Of a stretch of 64,000 bases of DNA, positions 49,538 through 59,576 are shown piece by piece. A model generated the notes under the pieces. The model was not told where the DNA came from. It saw only the letters and a program-made list of their open reading frames with translations, and did not search any database. Both the position numbers and the translations under genes were made by a program. Within the stretch, counting starts at the first letter, position 1, and each line of letters begins with the position of its first letter. Origin of the DNA: Nitrospirota bacterium (GTDB lineage: Bacteria; Nitrospirota; Thermodesulfovibrionia; Thermodesulfovibrionales; Dissulfurispiraceae); contig CAVPZX010000008.1 of the NCBI GenBank assembly GCA_963710375.1, positions 128,001 to 192,000 on the forward strand, read 5' to 3'.

Positions 49538-51408
49538 AAAGAGTTGAGCGCCTCCCGGATTTTCTCCCGGACATCTTTATTATCATGTTCTTCATGCGCA
49601 GAAAGCACCTCATACGCTTCCCGTCCGCCCAGTTCAACAATGGCGTCTATGGCAGACATTACAACCGGGATGAACTCATCAAGAAGCAATGGAGCTATCT
49701 TGCTGATTGCCGTTTCTCTCTCGCAGGAGAAAGCAACAGTCTTGATCGTATAAAAACGGACCCAGGAGTCGTCGTCAACCAGTGCATTCAAAAGTTCCGG
49801 GGAGCAGCAACGCGCCTCTCCAAGGCCAACCACTGCGGCCTTCCTTATATCTGCATCACCGTCTACCAAAAATTGAATCAGCCGCGAGTTGCACTGATCG
49901 GTGCCCAAACTGCCCAGGCTGTAAATGGCGGCAATTTTTACTTTCTTATCAGGGTCCTCGGTCAGCCTCAGTAGAATATCTATATCCGATACAGTCTTGG
50001 CAGTGATCTCGCGGATAACTGCACTGTATTGGGTAATGCCGGAAAGGAACCTGCCCGCATCTATCTTGAGGAGCGATTCAACAATTTTCTCAAGCACATC
50101 AAAATACTTTTCCACATACATAAGTTCCGCGAGCGGTTCATATGCTTCTTTTGCCCGTATAGTGCCTAGTGCCTCAATTGCAATTCGTCTCACATGAGCA
50201 TCCACATCGCGCTGCGATGTCTCAAGCAGAGGATTTATAGACTCAGGACCGCCTATTGCGCCAAGCGCAAGGGTAGAAGCCCTCCTCAAATCCCTCCTCG
50301 TGTCATTCAAATACCTGATAAGGACAGGAATAGCGCTGCCGCTTTTCATTTCACCCAGAATCTCTATCGCAACCGACTTCCCCCGGTACCTCATGTCCTG
50401 AAGCTCAAGCAGCCGTATGAGTTCCTTTTCGGAATCAATCGACTTAATGGTAGATTTCAACATCGAAATCTTCTCTTCATTGTCAGGCAATGAGGGGTCA
50501 AGGGATCCCGTAACATCAACCATAAGGCTGACAGCTTCTCTGCAATTAAGCGCTGCTATACCCTTCAGCGCCACCTCTTTGTCTTCCCATTCACCCTCTT
50601 TGAGCATGGTTATCAGGTATTCTGCAATATCGGACATATCGGGGTTAATGCCTATTTTGATGAGACTTTTAATTACCGCGTTTCTTTCATCCTGAGGTGC
50701 ATGCTGCAGATAGGCGACGAGCTTCTCTGCTGCTTTATCTGAGCCCAGCTTGCCAAGAGTATCAATAGCCTCAAGCCGGACAACCTGGGAAGGAAGCGCC
50801 AGCAGCCCGGCTATCTGCTCTACTGTACTATCATCCTTGAGTTCGCCAAGCGATTGCAACACTGAAAAACAGACCCATTCCTCGTCATTCAATGCATTAA
50901 CCAGTTCCGGAATGGCCTGACGATATCCAAGCAGTCCGACTGCCTCTGCCGCAGCAGCCCGTACATTGCTGTTGCTGTCTTTGAGCAGCGGGACGATATA
51001 AGACGGGTCAACGCCATGGCCTATATCGGCCAAAAGGTCAATGGCGAATTTTCTCACATCGTCATCTTTATCTTTAAGCAGCGGGTAAAGAAGCGGTAAC
51101 GATACGCCCCCCAGGCGCGTGAGGATAATAAGAGCAGTGTTGCGAAGATATGAATTTTCCCTTAAGAGCGGCAGCACCATGTAAGCGGTCACCTCTCCTC
51201 CGATGGCTATCAGGGACCTCATTGCAGCATCCTGCACACCAGCACTTTCATCGCTCAGCGCTTTTATCAGTGGAAATAAGGCCCTTTCATCACTTTCAGC
51301 CAACTCCTCGATAGTCCGTTTTCTGACAGAAGGGTCTTGATCTGATAATTTCTTAATCAAATTATTGATATTCTTTGCCACGTAATCAGCCTCCGAATGA
51401 CCCTCCAC
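49534..51408 (-). CDS. HEAT/PBS-lyase repeat protein of the chemotaxis operon
   Basis: Many L.D....VR..A..ALG repeats. Confidence 0.88.
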   Translation of the reverse strand: MEGHSEADYVAKNINNLIKKLSDQDPSVRKRTIEELAESDERALFPLIKALSDESAGVQDAAMRSLIAIGGEVTAYMVLPLLRENSYLRNTALIILTRLGGVSLPLLYPLLKDKDDDVRKFAIDLLADIGHGVDPSYIVPLLKDSNSNVRAAAAEAVGLLGYRQAIPELVNALNDEEWVCFSVLQSLGELKDDSTVEQIAGLLALPSQVVRLEAIDTLGKLGSDKAAEKLVAYLQHAPQDERNAVIKSLIKIGINPDMSDIAEYLITMLKEGEWEDKEVALKGIAALNCREAVSLMVDVTGSLDPSLPDNEEKISMLKSTIKSIDSEKELIRLLELQDMRYRGKSVAIEILGEMKSGSAIPVLIRYLNDTRRDLRRASTLALGAIGGPESINPLLETSQRDVDAHVRRIAIEALGTIRAKEAYEPLAELMYVEKYFDVLEKIVESLLKIDAGRFLSGITQYSAVIREITAKTVSDIDILLRLTEDPDKKVKIAAIYSLGSLGTDQCNSRLIQFLVDGDADIRKAAVVGLGEARCCSPELLNALVDDDSWVRFYTIKTVAFSCERETAISKIAPLLLDEFIPVVMSAIDAIVELGGREAYEVLSAHEEHDNKDVREKIREALNSL

Positions 51409-51671
51409 ATATCAAGGAGAGATGAGGTAATCCTGCAACTTGCTACAGGGTTTGCTTGTTTAAAATCTGTTATAGAATAATATATAAACTATATAAAAGT
51501 ATTCAAGGACTATAATTATACCTAAAAAAAGATATATAAAAAAACAAATGGCATAGGAGACAGCGGCTCATCTTGTTTTTGCCCAAATAGAAATGTCCGT
51601 TTTTTTACGCCGCCGCTTTCCTCAATGTTTTGAGTTGTAACATATCTTATATTCTATTGATGTAATGATAA

Positions 51672-51687
51672 AGCAAGGACTATGCCA
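51672..51687 (-). promoter_or_regulatory. Sigma54 promoter upstream of the chemotaxis operon
   Basis: TGGCAT-AGTCC-TTGCT. Confidence 0.7.
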
Positions 51688-51876
51688 GACGAGGCAATCT
51701 ATTATCTTTTTGATTTATTGGGATTTTTGAGGAATCTTATACAGCATGGAGATGGATTAATTCCAATGTTTATAGAAAAAATACATACTTTTAATTAATC
51801 ACCGTTTATCACGGCAGCTCAAGCTCCTAATTCCGGGACGCTCCTTGCTGATCCGCAGCCCCCAATGTTCTCTCCC

Positions 51877-52596
51877 TCATTTGAAGTCCTCCATAACAGA
51901 CCGCAGTTTCAAAAGGGCCTTACCATGCAGCTGACAAACTCTTGATTCGCTTATGTCCAGGACTTTCCCTATTTCTTTCATCGTGAGTTCTTCATAGTAA
52001 TAAAGGGTCATAACAAGCCTCTCCTTTTCCGGCAAACCATCAATGGCAGTGCCAAGAGTGGCTCTCAATTCTTTAAGGTTGAGTTCATCGAGAATGTCCT
52101 TGCCCTCTTTATCCGAAATGCATTCCAGAATGTCCAGGCACTCACCTTCGTTATTCGTAATTCCAAGGTCTTCAAGATTTATCATGCGCATTGTATTTGC
52201 AGTGGACAAAGTCTTGTAGAGCTCCTCAAGAGATATATTCAATTTTTCGGCAACTTCCTCATCACTGGCACTGCGATTAAGCTCCTTCTCCAGTGCTGAA
52301 TATGCACGTCTCGTATCGTCAAGCTTTTTTCTGGCATCCTTGGATACCCACTGCATGGAACGTACTTCATCAATAATGGCGCCCCGTATCCTGAAATCGG
52401 CAAAGGTGCTCAAGCTGGCATTAAACGAGGGGTCATACCGTTCTATTGCCTCCAAAAGTCCTATTATGCCCGCCGACACCAGGTCTTCAATACCTAACTC
52501 GGGGGGAAGATAAAAAGTATACCTGGACGCATAATATTTTACTCTCGGCAGGAATTGCTCGATTATTTGCTCCTTTTCTTTTTCCGATATTGTCAT
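51877..52596 (-). CDS. fliA: Flagellar sigma factor sigma28
   Basis: DL.SAG.IGL..A..RYD, FA..RIRGAIIDE.R, LYYYEELT.KEIG.VL.ISESRVCQLH. Confidence 0.95.
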   Translation of the reverse strand: MTISEKEKEQIIEQFLPRVKYYASRYTFYLPPELGIEDLVSAGIIGLLEAIERYDPSFNASLSTFADFRIRGAIIDEVRSMQWVSKDARKKLDDTRRAYSALEKELNRSASDEEVAEKLNISLEELYKTLSTANTMRMINLEDLGITNNEGECLDILECISDKEGKDILDELNLKELRATLGTAIDGLPEKERLVMTLYYYEELTMKEIGKVLDISESRVCQLHGKALLKLRSVMEDFK

Positions 52597-53402
52597 TCTA
52601 CCCTTAGCGCCTTCTTTAAAAAAAACTGTATGTTGCCTTTGACATCGGAAAGAGGATTTTCAATCAGCCTGTTCCCTATGACGGCGAGCTTCTTAGAAAA
52701 AACACTGTTCGGGTACATTGCAATGTAGCCTTTCTGGGCAATAATAGCATCTTTGACATGCTGTTCATAAGGCAGAAAGCCTATGTATTCCACAGAGAGG
52801 CTCAGGAATTTGTCTGCTACTATTGCCAGCTTTCTGAAAGTATCAAACGCCTCTTTTTCTGACCTGGCCGTGTTGACGAGTATCCTGAAGTTCCTTTCTC
52901 CAAAGTCCCTGGACAATACCTTTATCAAGGCATAAGCGTCTGCCAGCGACGTAGGCTCCGGGGTGACAATAACAATAGTCTCCTGAGCTGCGCTGCAGAA
53001 AAACAGCACGTTGTCCGATATGCCGGCGCCGGTGTCGATCAGGAAGATATCGAATGGCAAATCGAAACGGTCCAGCTCTGAGACAAGTTTCATGCGGTTT
53101 TTATCGGAGAGTTCAGTCAACGCCCTTACACCTGAGCTTGCGGGCATAATCATTATGCCTAACGGACCGTTAACAACAATATCCTTTATCGTCTTCTCCC
53201 CCAGCAGGACATGTTTAAGGTTGAATTTTGGAGCTATGCCGAACAGCACATCAATATTGCTTAATCCAAGGTCGGCATCGAGAATAAGCACTTTTTTGTT
53301 CAAACTCGCATAAAACAGCGCAAGGTTTGCAACAAAGTTGGTCTTGCCCACCCCGCCCTTTCCGCTCGAAACCGCTATTATACGTGGTCCTGAGTTATTC
53401 AT
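52593..53402 (-). CDS. flhG: MinD-like flagellar number regulator FlhG/FleN
   Basis: SGKGGVGKT, DADLGL.N, IDTGAGI, TPEPTS..DAYA.IK. Confidence 0.92.
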   Translation of the reverse strand: MNNSGPRIIAVSSGKGGVGKTNFVANLALFYASLNKKVLILDADLGLSNIDVLFGIAPKFNLKHVLLGEKTIKDIVVNGPLGIMIMPASSGVRALTELSDKNRMKLVSELDRFDLPFDIFLIDTGAGISDNVLFFCSAAQETIVIVTPEPTSLADAYALIKVLSRDFGERNFRILVNTARSEKEAFDTFRKLAIVADKFLSLSVEYIGFLPYEQHVKDAIIAQKGYIAMYPNSVFSKKLAVIGNRLIENPLSDVKGNIQFFLKKALRVE

Positions 53403-54440
53403 TATATTCCTCCAATAATCAGGCCGGCAAGGAACTCCGGGGTGGGGACCCTGATGTCGTCCGGCACACTTGGCCCGGTAGTGATAAATGAAAGCGGCCG
53501 GCTCGTGAGCATGGAAATGTTGTAGAGGTCCCCGTAATGAGTCGCCATATCAAGCTTTGTAAATCCGATCGAGTCGATCATCTCGGTCTTGCAGTTATGC
53601 CATGCCTTGAGAGCAGAAGATACGTTCATAGAGGAATCCATAAGAAAGCATTTTTTAACAGGGAACCCCGAAGGAAAGATATCTTTGATGTCCTCCAAAA
53701 TATTATTGAATTCAGTACCCGGTGTATCTATGAGCATTGGTCCCCTCCCCATTTCCTTATATATTATTTTCGGCAGGTCACTTACCCTCCTAACCACTCT
53801 TAAAGGACATCGCAGTTGTTTGGAGAGCTCTTTCATGTTTGCAATAGAACCTATCCTGTCGGAATCTAGAGAGATAAGATTAACAGGCCTCCTTTTTGAT
53901 GTAAAGAGATGGGCAACTTTAGAAACAGTCGTTGTTTTGCCAACGCCAGGAGGTCCGAGAAATATCATCCCGCTGTCCTCGGCCGGAAGAAGCCCTTGTA
54001 TTTTAAGGTCACCCTTTATACTGTTTTTCAAGCTGTCGAGCGTTTCCTGAGATCTCTCCAGCAAAAGCATGGCGAACTGGGTATCGACTCCCTGCCTAAC
54101 GAGCAGATTAAAAAGCCCTTTCTTGTCCTTTCCTATTCTGAGCGCGGGTACAATCGGACGCAGCGTCTCTTTTAGATAGCAGACCTCCTCCCTCAGCCCC
54201 TTTATCTCTTTCAACAGGTCTCCCATTTCAGAAGTAAGCGCCTTTTCAGGAGGCTTAGACGATGAGTCATCGTTTTCGTCAAGGGCCACGGTAACTTCGA
54301 CCGCCTCTTTGTTAAGCATTCCGAACGGGCCTGTCTTTAGTGATTTGCTCGACAATATTATTGCATCGGAACCGAGCTCCTCTTTTCACTGTCTCTAATG
54401 CTTCTTTAAAACTCCCGCCGACAAATTTCTTGATCCTCAT
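53402..54440 (-). pseudogene. flhF: Flagellar GTPase FlhF with a +1 frameshift at 54383-54386
   Basis: MRIKKF...FKEAL..VK then EELGSDAIILS in the next frame; GPPGVGKTTT, DTPG, TKLD. Confidence 0.85.
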
Positions 54441-54460
54441 CGAATTATCCACCTCCTTAA

Positions 54461-54531
54461 AGCTTTAAGCGTTTAGAGTTCAGCGTTATAATATTCTGCA
54501 ATTTTTTTTGCGTTGAACGCTCAACGCTGTA
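54461..54531. repeat. Degenerate inverted heptamer hairpin (AGCGTTY)n
   Basis: AAGCGTTTAGAGTTCAGCGTT ... TGAACGCTCAACGCTG between flhA and flhF. Confidence 0.45.
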
Positions 54532-54552
54532 CACACAACTCCGTACGATGTT

Positions 54553-56604
54553 TCATTCTATTTTCAGCGTACCAATCGAATATACCCGCGTATTAGGGGC
54601 AACTTCGCTGTGAGATACAATCATAATGCTGCTCGAAATCCTCTCAGCCAGCTTCTTCAGAAACCTCCTTATCGACGGTGAACAAAGCACGACCGGCTGA
54701 TAGCCCTTACGGACGCCGTCCTCATAATTTCGTTTCAAGTTCTCGGTGATTTTTTCGGATGTTGCAGGATCAAGGGCAAGATAAGAGCCCTGCGGGGTAC
54801 TCTGGACAGCCTCTATTATCTGCCGCTCCACCTTCGGGTCCACCACTATGACCGATAACGAGCCGTCGGTTCCCTGCAATTGTTTTGTAATGCTCCTGGC
54901 GAGCCCTTGCCTGACATACTCGGTAAGCACGTCGGTATCCTTAGTGACCGCCGCATAATCCGATAGCGTCTCGAGTATTGTTTGAAGATTCCTGATGGAA
55001 ATTCTTTCCTTCAAAAGATTTTGCAGAACTTTCTGCACAGCACTTAAGCTCAGCAGGGCAGGGATAAGGTCCTCCACCACTTTAGGCTGGGTCTTGGCCA
55101 GATTGTCAAGCAGCTTCTGAACATCCTGTTTACCTAATAATTCACTTGAGGAATTTTTTAGTATTTCTGTCAGGTGTGTCGTGATGACTGACGGGACATC
55201 GACAACCGTATACCCGGCAACATGTGCTTCCTCCTTCATCTTTTCATCAATCCAAACCGCATTTAGACCAAAAGCCGGGTCTTTTGCCGGAATGCCTGCC
55301 AGCGTTGGAGCTTCGGCACCCGGCGAAATAGCAAGGTATTTATTAAGCATTACCTCTGAGGTAGCAACCTCGACACCTTTTATAAGAACAGAATAAGCAT
55401 ACGGCTTCAACGATAAATTGTCCTTTATATGTACCGGCGGAACAATAAAGCCCATGTCCATAACCATCTGCCTTCTGATCGCCTTTATCCTGTTTAAAAG
55501 CGGCCCCCCTTCCTCAACAATCGGTATGAGCCCATACCCAATGTCCAGCGCGAGAGAATCCAGCGGGAGCAATGATTCAAGGGTCTCCGGCGGTTTAATT
55601 TCCCCTGCGGCAGGGGCGCCCGCTGCCGCTGCACCCTTTTCAGCCAGCTTTTGTCTCATGAAGTATGCCCCTGCTCCGGTTATACTGGCGATCATCAAAA
55701 AAGGTATATGAGGCAGACCCGGTATAATACCGAAAAATCCCAGTATCCCGGCAGCTGTGCCCAGCACCTTGGAGTTCGAAAAAAGCTGTTTGACCACATC
55801 GCCGCCCAGGTTGGCTTCCGATGCGGCCCTTGTGACAATAATACCGGCTGCAGTTGAGGTGACCAGTGCCGGTATCTGGGCTACCAGCCCTTCACCTATG
55901 GTGAGTATGGTGTAAGTCTGCGCGGCCTCTGCCATTGGCATGCCCTTCTGGAGTACCCCGATAAGAAATCCACCGATGATGTTGATTATCATGATAATTA
56001 TGGCAGCAATGGCATCTCCCCTGACAAATTTGCTCGCACCGTCCATAGCTCCGTAGAAATCAGCCTCCCTGCTTATGTCCTGCCTTCTCTTCCGGGCCTG
56101 TTTTTCATCTATTAGTCCGGAGTTCAGGTCTGCATCGATACTCATTTGCTTGCCAGGCATTGCATCGAGGGTAAACCTGGCTGAAACCTCGGCAATCCTG
56201 CCCGCACCCTTTGTAATAACGACAAAATTTATGATTATTAAAATGAGGAAGATGACGAAGCCTACGACAAAGTTACCGCCAACTACAAACTCTCCAAACG
56301 ATTTAATGACCCGTCCGGCAGCCTCCGTACCGGTATCGCCCCTCATGAGAATAAGCCGGGTAGAGGCAATATTCAAGGAGAGTCTGAACAGCGTCGCTAT
56401 CAGCAGAATGGAAGGGAATACGGAAAAATCAAGGGGCCTTTCCGTATAGGCCGAAACAAGCAGTACAACTATGGACAGCGTAATGCTGAACGATAAAAAA
56501 AGGTCGAGCAACATCGGAGGCATGGGAATGATCATCAGTCCGAGGATCAGCACAATGCCTACTGCCAGGATAATGTCGCTCTGTCTTAACAGTTTTTCAA
56601 GCAT
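54553..56604 (-). CDS. flhA: Flagellar export gate protein
   Basis: FPS.LL..TLFRLSLN.ASTR, RF.LDAMPGKQMSIDADL, FYGAMDGASKFV.GDA. Confidence 0.97.
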   Translation of the reverse strand: MLEKLLRQSDIILAVGIVLILGLMIIPMPPMLLDLFLSFSITLSIVVLLVSAYTERPLDFSVFPSILLIATLFRLSLNIASTRLILMRGDTGTEAAGRVIKSFGEFVVGGNFVVGFVIFLILIIINFVVITKGAGRIAEVSARFTLDAMPGKQMSIDADLNSGLIDEKQARKRRQDISREADFYGAMDGASKFVRGDAIAAIIIMIINIIGGFLIGVLQKGMPMAEAAQTYTILTIGEGLVAQIPALVTSTAAGIIVTRAASEANLGGDVVKQLFSNSKVLGTAAGILGFFGIIPGLPHIPFLMIASITGAGAYFMRQKLAEKGAAAAGAPAAGEIKPPETLESLLPLDSLALDIGYGLIPIVEEGGPLLNRIKAIRRQMVMDMGFIVPPVHIKDNLSLKPYAYSVLIKGVEVATSEVMLNKYLAISPGAEAPTLAGIPAKDPAFGLNAVWIDEKMKEEAHVAGYTVVDVPSVITTHLTEILKNSSSELLGKQDVQKLLDNLAKTQPKVVEDLIPALLSLSAVQKVLQNLLKERISIRNLQTILETLSDYAAVTKDTDVLTEYVRQGLARSITKQLQGTDGSLSVIVVDPKVERQIIEAVQSTPQGSYLALDPATSEKITENLKRNYEDGVRKGYQPVVLCSPSIRRFLKKLAERISSSIMIVSHSEVAPNTRVYSIGTLKIE

Positions 56605-56611
56605 ATTATTC

Positions 56612-56708
56612 AGGCTATAGGCAATAGGCTATAGGCAATAGGAAAAAACCTCAGGAAGTCTCTTTCTTCTGTCTTTCCCCATAGCCTATTGCCCATCGCC
56701 TATCGCCT
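56612..56708. repeat. Inverted heptamer hairpin (GGC[A/T/G]ATA)n, copy 2
   Basis: AGGCTATAGGCAATAGGCTATAGGCAATAGG ... CCCATAGCCTATTGCCCATCGCCTATCGCCT; overlaps the flhB stop. Confidence 0.85.
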
Positions 56709-57761
56709 TATCCTTCCTTTCAATTTATAAACGTTTGCAAGTATCACAGCGATCGCCTTGTAAAAAACCTCAGGGATTTCCTGATCAAGCTCGAGTTTAT
56801 ATAAAGCCCTGGTGAGCGGCTTATCTTCAAAGACCGGCACCCCATGCTCTTTTGCTATCTCTTTTATCTTCTCGGCAATCAGATTGGCCCCTTTTGCCAC
56901 TACAGCAGGCGCGCCCATTGTGGCTGAATCGTACTTAAGCGCAACCGCAAAATGGGTAGGGTTGGTAATCACCACATCTGCCTTCGGCACTTCCTGCATC
57001 ATTCTTTTGCGCGCCATTTCTCTCTGGAGGCTCCTTATCCTCGCCTTGACCCTGGGGTCGCCCTCCATCTCCTTATGTTCTTCTTTCACTTCCTGTTTGG
57101 TCATCCTCAGGTCTCGTGAATACTGCCACCGCTGGTACGCATAATCTGCAATGGAGAAAATAGAGAGGACCACGACAGCCGTCAGAATAAGCTTTTTTAC
57201 CTGCACAAAAATAAACTGTGCAATAAGCGAAACACTCATGTCTGGAAGAAGGGGAAGATTCACTAGCTGCTTTTTTATAATCAGATAAAGAATTATGCCG
57301 AGGATGATAACTTTTAATATGCCCTTTGCCCCCTCGAAAACAACTCTGAGGGTGAAAAACCTTTTTATCCCCTCCAGCGGGTTGACTTTATTGAGGTCCA
57401 GGGTCAGCGACTTGGTTGAAATTAAAAAACCGCTTTGCATAAAATGTACAGCCAAAACAGCGATGAGCACCGAAACAAACAGGGGGGCCATCATCATAAG
57501 CGTTTTAATGGAGTCAGTCCTGAATATTTCTACGAATGAGGCGTCCGTAAGCGAAACCTCAAACCCTCTTTGCAGAGCTGATCTTAAATAGGACACCAGC
57601 ATGGTAAACATGAAACCGCCGAAGGAAAGGTACATGAATACCACCCAGAGCGGCATGATGCCGGTGAGATCCTTGCTTTGGGCGATATGACCCTGTTCAC
57701 GTTCCTTTTGACGTCTTCGCCCGGTTGCCTGTTCAGTTTTCTCTTGAAACTCTTCTGCCAT
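56700..57761 (-). CDS. flhB: Flagellar export switch protein
   Basis: EKTE.AT, MTKQEVKEE.KE.EGDP, NPTH autocleavage motif. Confidence 0.97.
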   Translation of the reverse strand: MAEEFQEKTEQATGRRRQKEREQGHIAQSKDLTGIMPLWVVFMYLSFGGFMFTMLVSYLRSALQRGFEVSLTDASFVEIFRTDSIKTLMMMAPLFVSVLIAVLAVHFMQSGFLISTKSLTLDLNKVNPLEGIKRFFTLRVVFEGAKGILKVIILGIILYLIIKKQLVNLPLLPDMSVSLIAQFIFVQVKKLILTAVVVLSIFSIADYAYQRWQYSRDLRMTKQEVKEEHKEMEGDPRVKARIRSLQREMARKRMMQEVPKADVVITNPTHFAVALKYDSATMGAPAVVAKGANLIAEKIKEIAKEHGVPVFEDKPLTRALYKLELDQEIPEVFYKAIAVILANVYKLKGRIRR

Positions 57762-57764
57762 CCC

Positions 57765-58502
57765 TTACCTCGTGATCACCATAATCGTGTCTTTCATGCT
57801 CATAAATGCTTTTTCAATGACCGCTATAGTCATCGGCATTGACAGAACTATGAATACTAGGCCCAAAACTATCAGCAACGGCATGCTTATGAAAAAAATG
57901 TTCGCCTGCGGAATTGCCTTTGTAAGAAATCCCATTGCAAGGTTTGTCAGCACCTGCACAGCCAGCACTGGGGCCGCTATCTTAAATGCGAGCGGGAAAA
58001 AAAATGCATTCAGCTTTAGGACGGAACTGAACACACTGTTGTAGTTAATACTGGTAATATCAAAGCTGCGCACTACACCCTCGATGAAATAATGATGCAT
58101 GTCGAATAAAAAAAATAACGTCATTGACAGCATTGTATAGAAGAGACTCACCGGACCAAGTTGTTCCTGAAATAGAGGATTGAAAACGGCTGCCACTGTC
58201 AACCCCATCTCCACACTCATCCATTGGGCAGCCATATCAATAGCTCCCAGGATTATCCGTGCGGTTAATCCCATTGCCGTACCCACAAAAAAAGCCTCAA
58301 AAATTGCCCTTTCCGGATTAGCCATATCAACCTTCACTATCGGAAGGAGCATAAGCGTAAGCGCAAGTGCAAGGCCCGCCCTCACCATCACGGGTGTTTG
58401 CTGCGCGCCGATAAAAGGGATAAATGTCAGCATAACAGCCACCCTGATAAATATGGGAATGAATTTATCGGCATAGAGGTTTATTACGTTATATAATTCC
58501 AT
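57765..58502 (-). CDS. fliR: Flagellar export protein FliR
   Basis: Polytopic membrane protein; P...P..VR, G...G, IAAP, K..PQ.NIF. Confidence 0.9.
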   Translation of the reverse strand: MELYNVINLYADKFIPIFIRVAVMLTFIPFIGAQQTPVMVRAGLALALTLMLLPIVKVDMANPERAIFEAFFVGTAMGLTARIILGAIDMAAQWMSVEMGLTVAAVFNPLFQEQLGPVSLFYTMLSMTLFFLFDMHHYFIEGVVRSFDITSINYNSVFSSVLKLNAFFFPLAFKIAAPVLAVQVLTNLAMGFLTKAIPQANIFFISMPLLIVLGLVFIVLSMPMTIAVIEKAFMSMKDTIMVITR

Positions 58503-58503
58503 T

Positions 58504-58773
58504 TCACCTCACATAAAGCGTTATATTGCCAAAAATACTCCTTGTAAACCCCACCAGCACCTTTACCATCCATGGGAGCGCAATAAGCAGGGTGAGAAAG
58601 ACCGCGATAATCTTCGGAACAAAAGTCAATGTCATCTCCTGCAGCTGCGTAACCGCCTGAAAAAGGCTTATCATCAATCCGACGACAAGGCTCACCAACA
58701 ATATGGGCCCGCCTACCAACAAAATAGTTGTAAATGTCTGCCTCGATATCTGGTTTAACAGCTCAATGGTCAT
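58504..58773 (-). CDS. fliQ: Flagellar export protein FliQ
   Basis: VGL.ISLFQAVTQLQEMTLTFVPK; start at MTIELL. Confidence 0.95.
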   Translation of the reverse strand: MTIELLNQISRQTFTTILLVGGPILLVSLVVGLMISLFQAVTQLQEMTLTFVPKIIAVFLTLLIALPWMVKVLVGFTRSIFGNITLYVR

Positions 58774-59576
58774 CTGAACCCTCCGATGAGAGAACCTATC
58801 AGCAGTTGCCACCCATCGACCAGGACAAAAAGCAGCAACTTGAAGGGCAGCGAAACCATAATAGGAGGGAGCATCATCATGCCCATGGAGAGCAGTATGC
58901 TCGCAACAACCATATCAATAACCAGAAATGGGAGAAAAATAAGGAACCCTATTTCAAATGCCCTCTTAAGCTCACCGATAGCAAAGGCTGGGACGACCAC
59001 ACGCAAAGGCAAATCCATAGGTTTCGCAGGGTTCTCCAATTTTGACATCCTGAGGAAAAAAGCGAGCTCTTTCTCTTTTGTCTGTCTAAGCATAAATTCC
59101 TTCAGAGGAACAGAAGCCTTGTTAAGCGCTTCTTCAGCCCCGATCTCTTTCCTGGAATAAGGCTGATACGCATCCGCGTAAATCCTGTCCAGGACCGGTG
59201 ACATGACAAAAAATGTGATAAAAAGAGCGAGCCCTATGAGCACTTGTGTCGGCGGTACTGAAGGAGTTCCAAGAGCCTGCCGGAGAAAAGAGAGCACTAC
59301 AATAATCCGCGTAAATGAGGTGACCATGACAAGAATTGCCGGCAATATGGACAACAATGTAAGAAACAGGAGCAATTCAAACGGCGTCAACATGCCAAAA
59401 AAACCGCCGCTAGCAGCAGGAGGCGCAGGGGCGGCAGAAACACCGGAAGGCAAAAGGCCAAGGACTAAAAAGGCGCAAAGCGCATAGGGCAAAGGGCATA
59501 GAGTAAAAGCCTTAACTCCTTGCGCTTTGCGCTTTGCGCTTTGCTCTATGCTCTTTGCGCCTTTGCCTTTAGCCAT
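58770..59576 (-). CDS. fliP: Flagellar export protein FliP
   Basis: TSFTRI.VVLS.LRQALG...PP, PAF...EL..AF.IGF, GMMMLPP..SLPFK. Confidence 0.96.
   Translation of the reverse strand: MAKGKGAKSIEQSAKRKAQGVKAFTLCPLPYALCAFLVLGLLPSGVSAAPAPPAASGGFFGMLTPFELLLFLTLLSILPAILVMVTSFTRIIVVLSFLRQALGTPSVPPTQVLIGLALFITFFVMSPVLDRIYADAYQPYSRKEIGAEEALNKASVPLKEFMLRQTKEKELAFFLRMSKLENPAKPMDLPLRVVVPAFAIGELKRAFEIGFLIFLPFLVIDMVVASILLSMGMMMLPPIMVSLPFKLLLFVLVDGWQLLIGSLIGGFR
59468..59564. repeat. Inverted heptamer hairpin coding the FliP signal peptide
   Basis: AAAGGCGCAAAGCGCATAGGGCAAAGGGCATAGAG ... CTTTGCGCTTTGCTCTATGCTCTTTGCGCCTTT. Confidence 0.85.
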
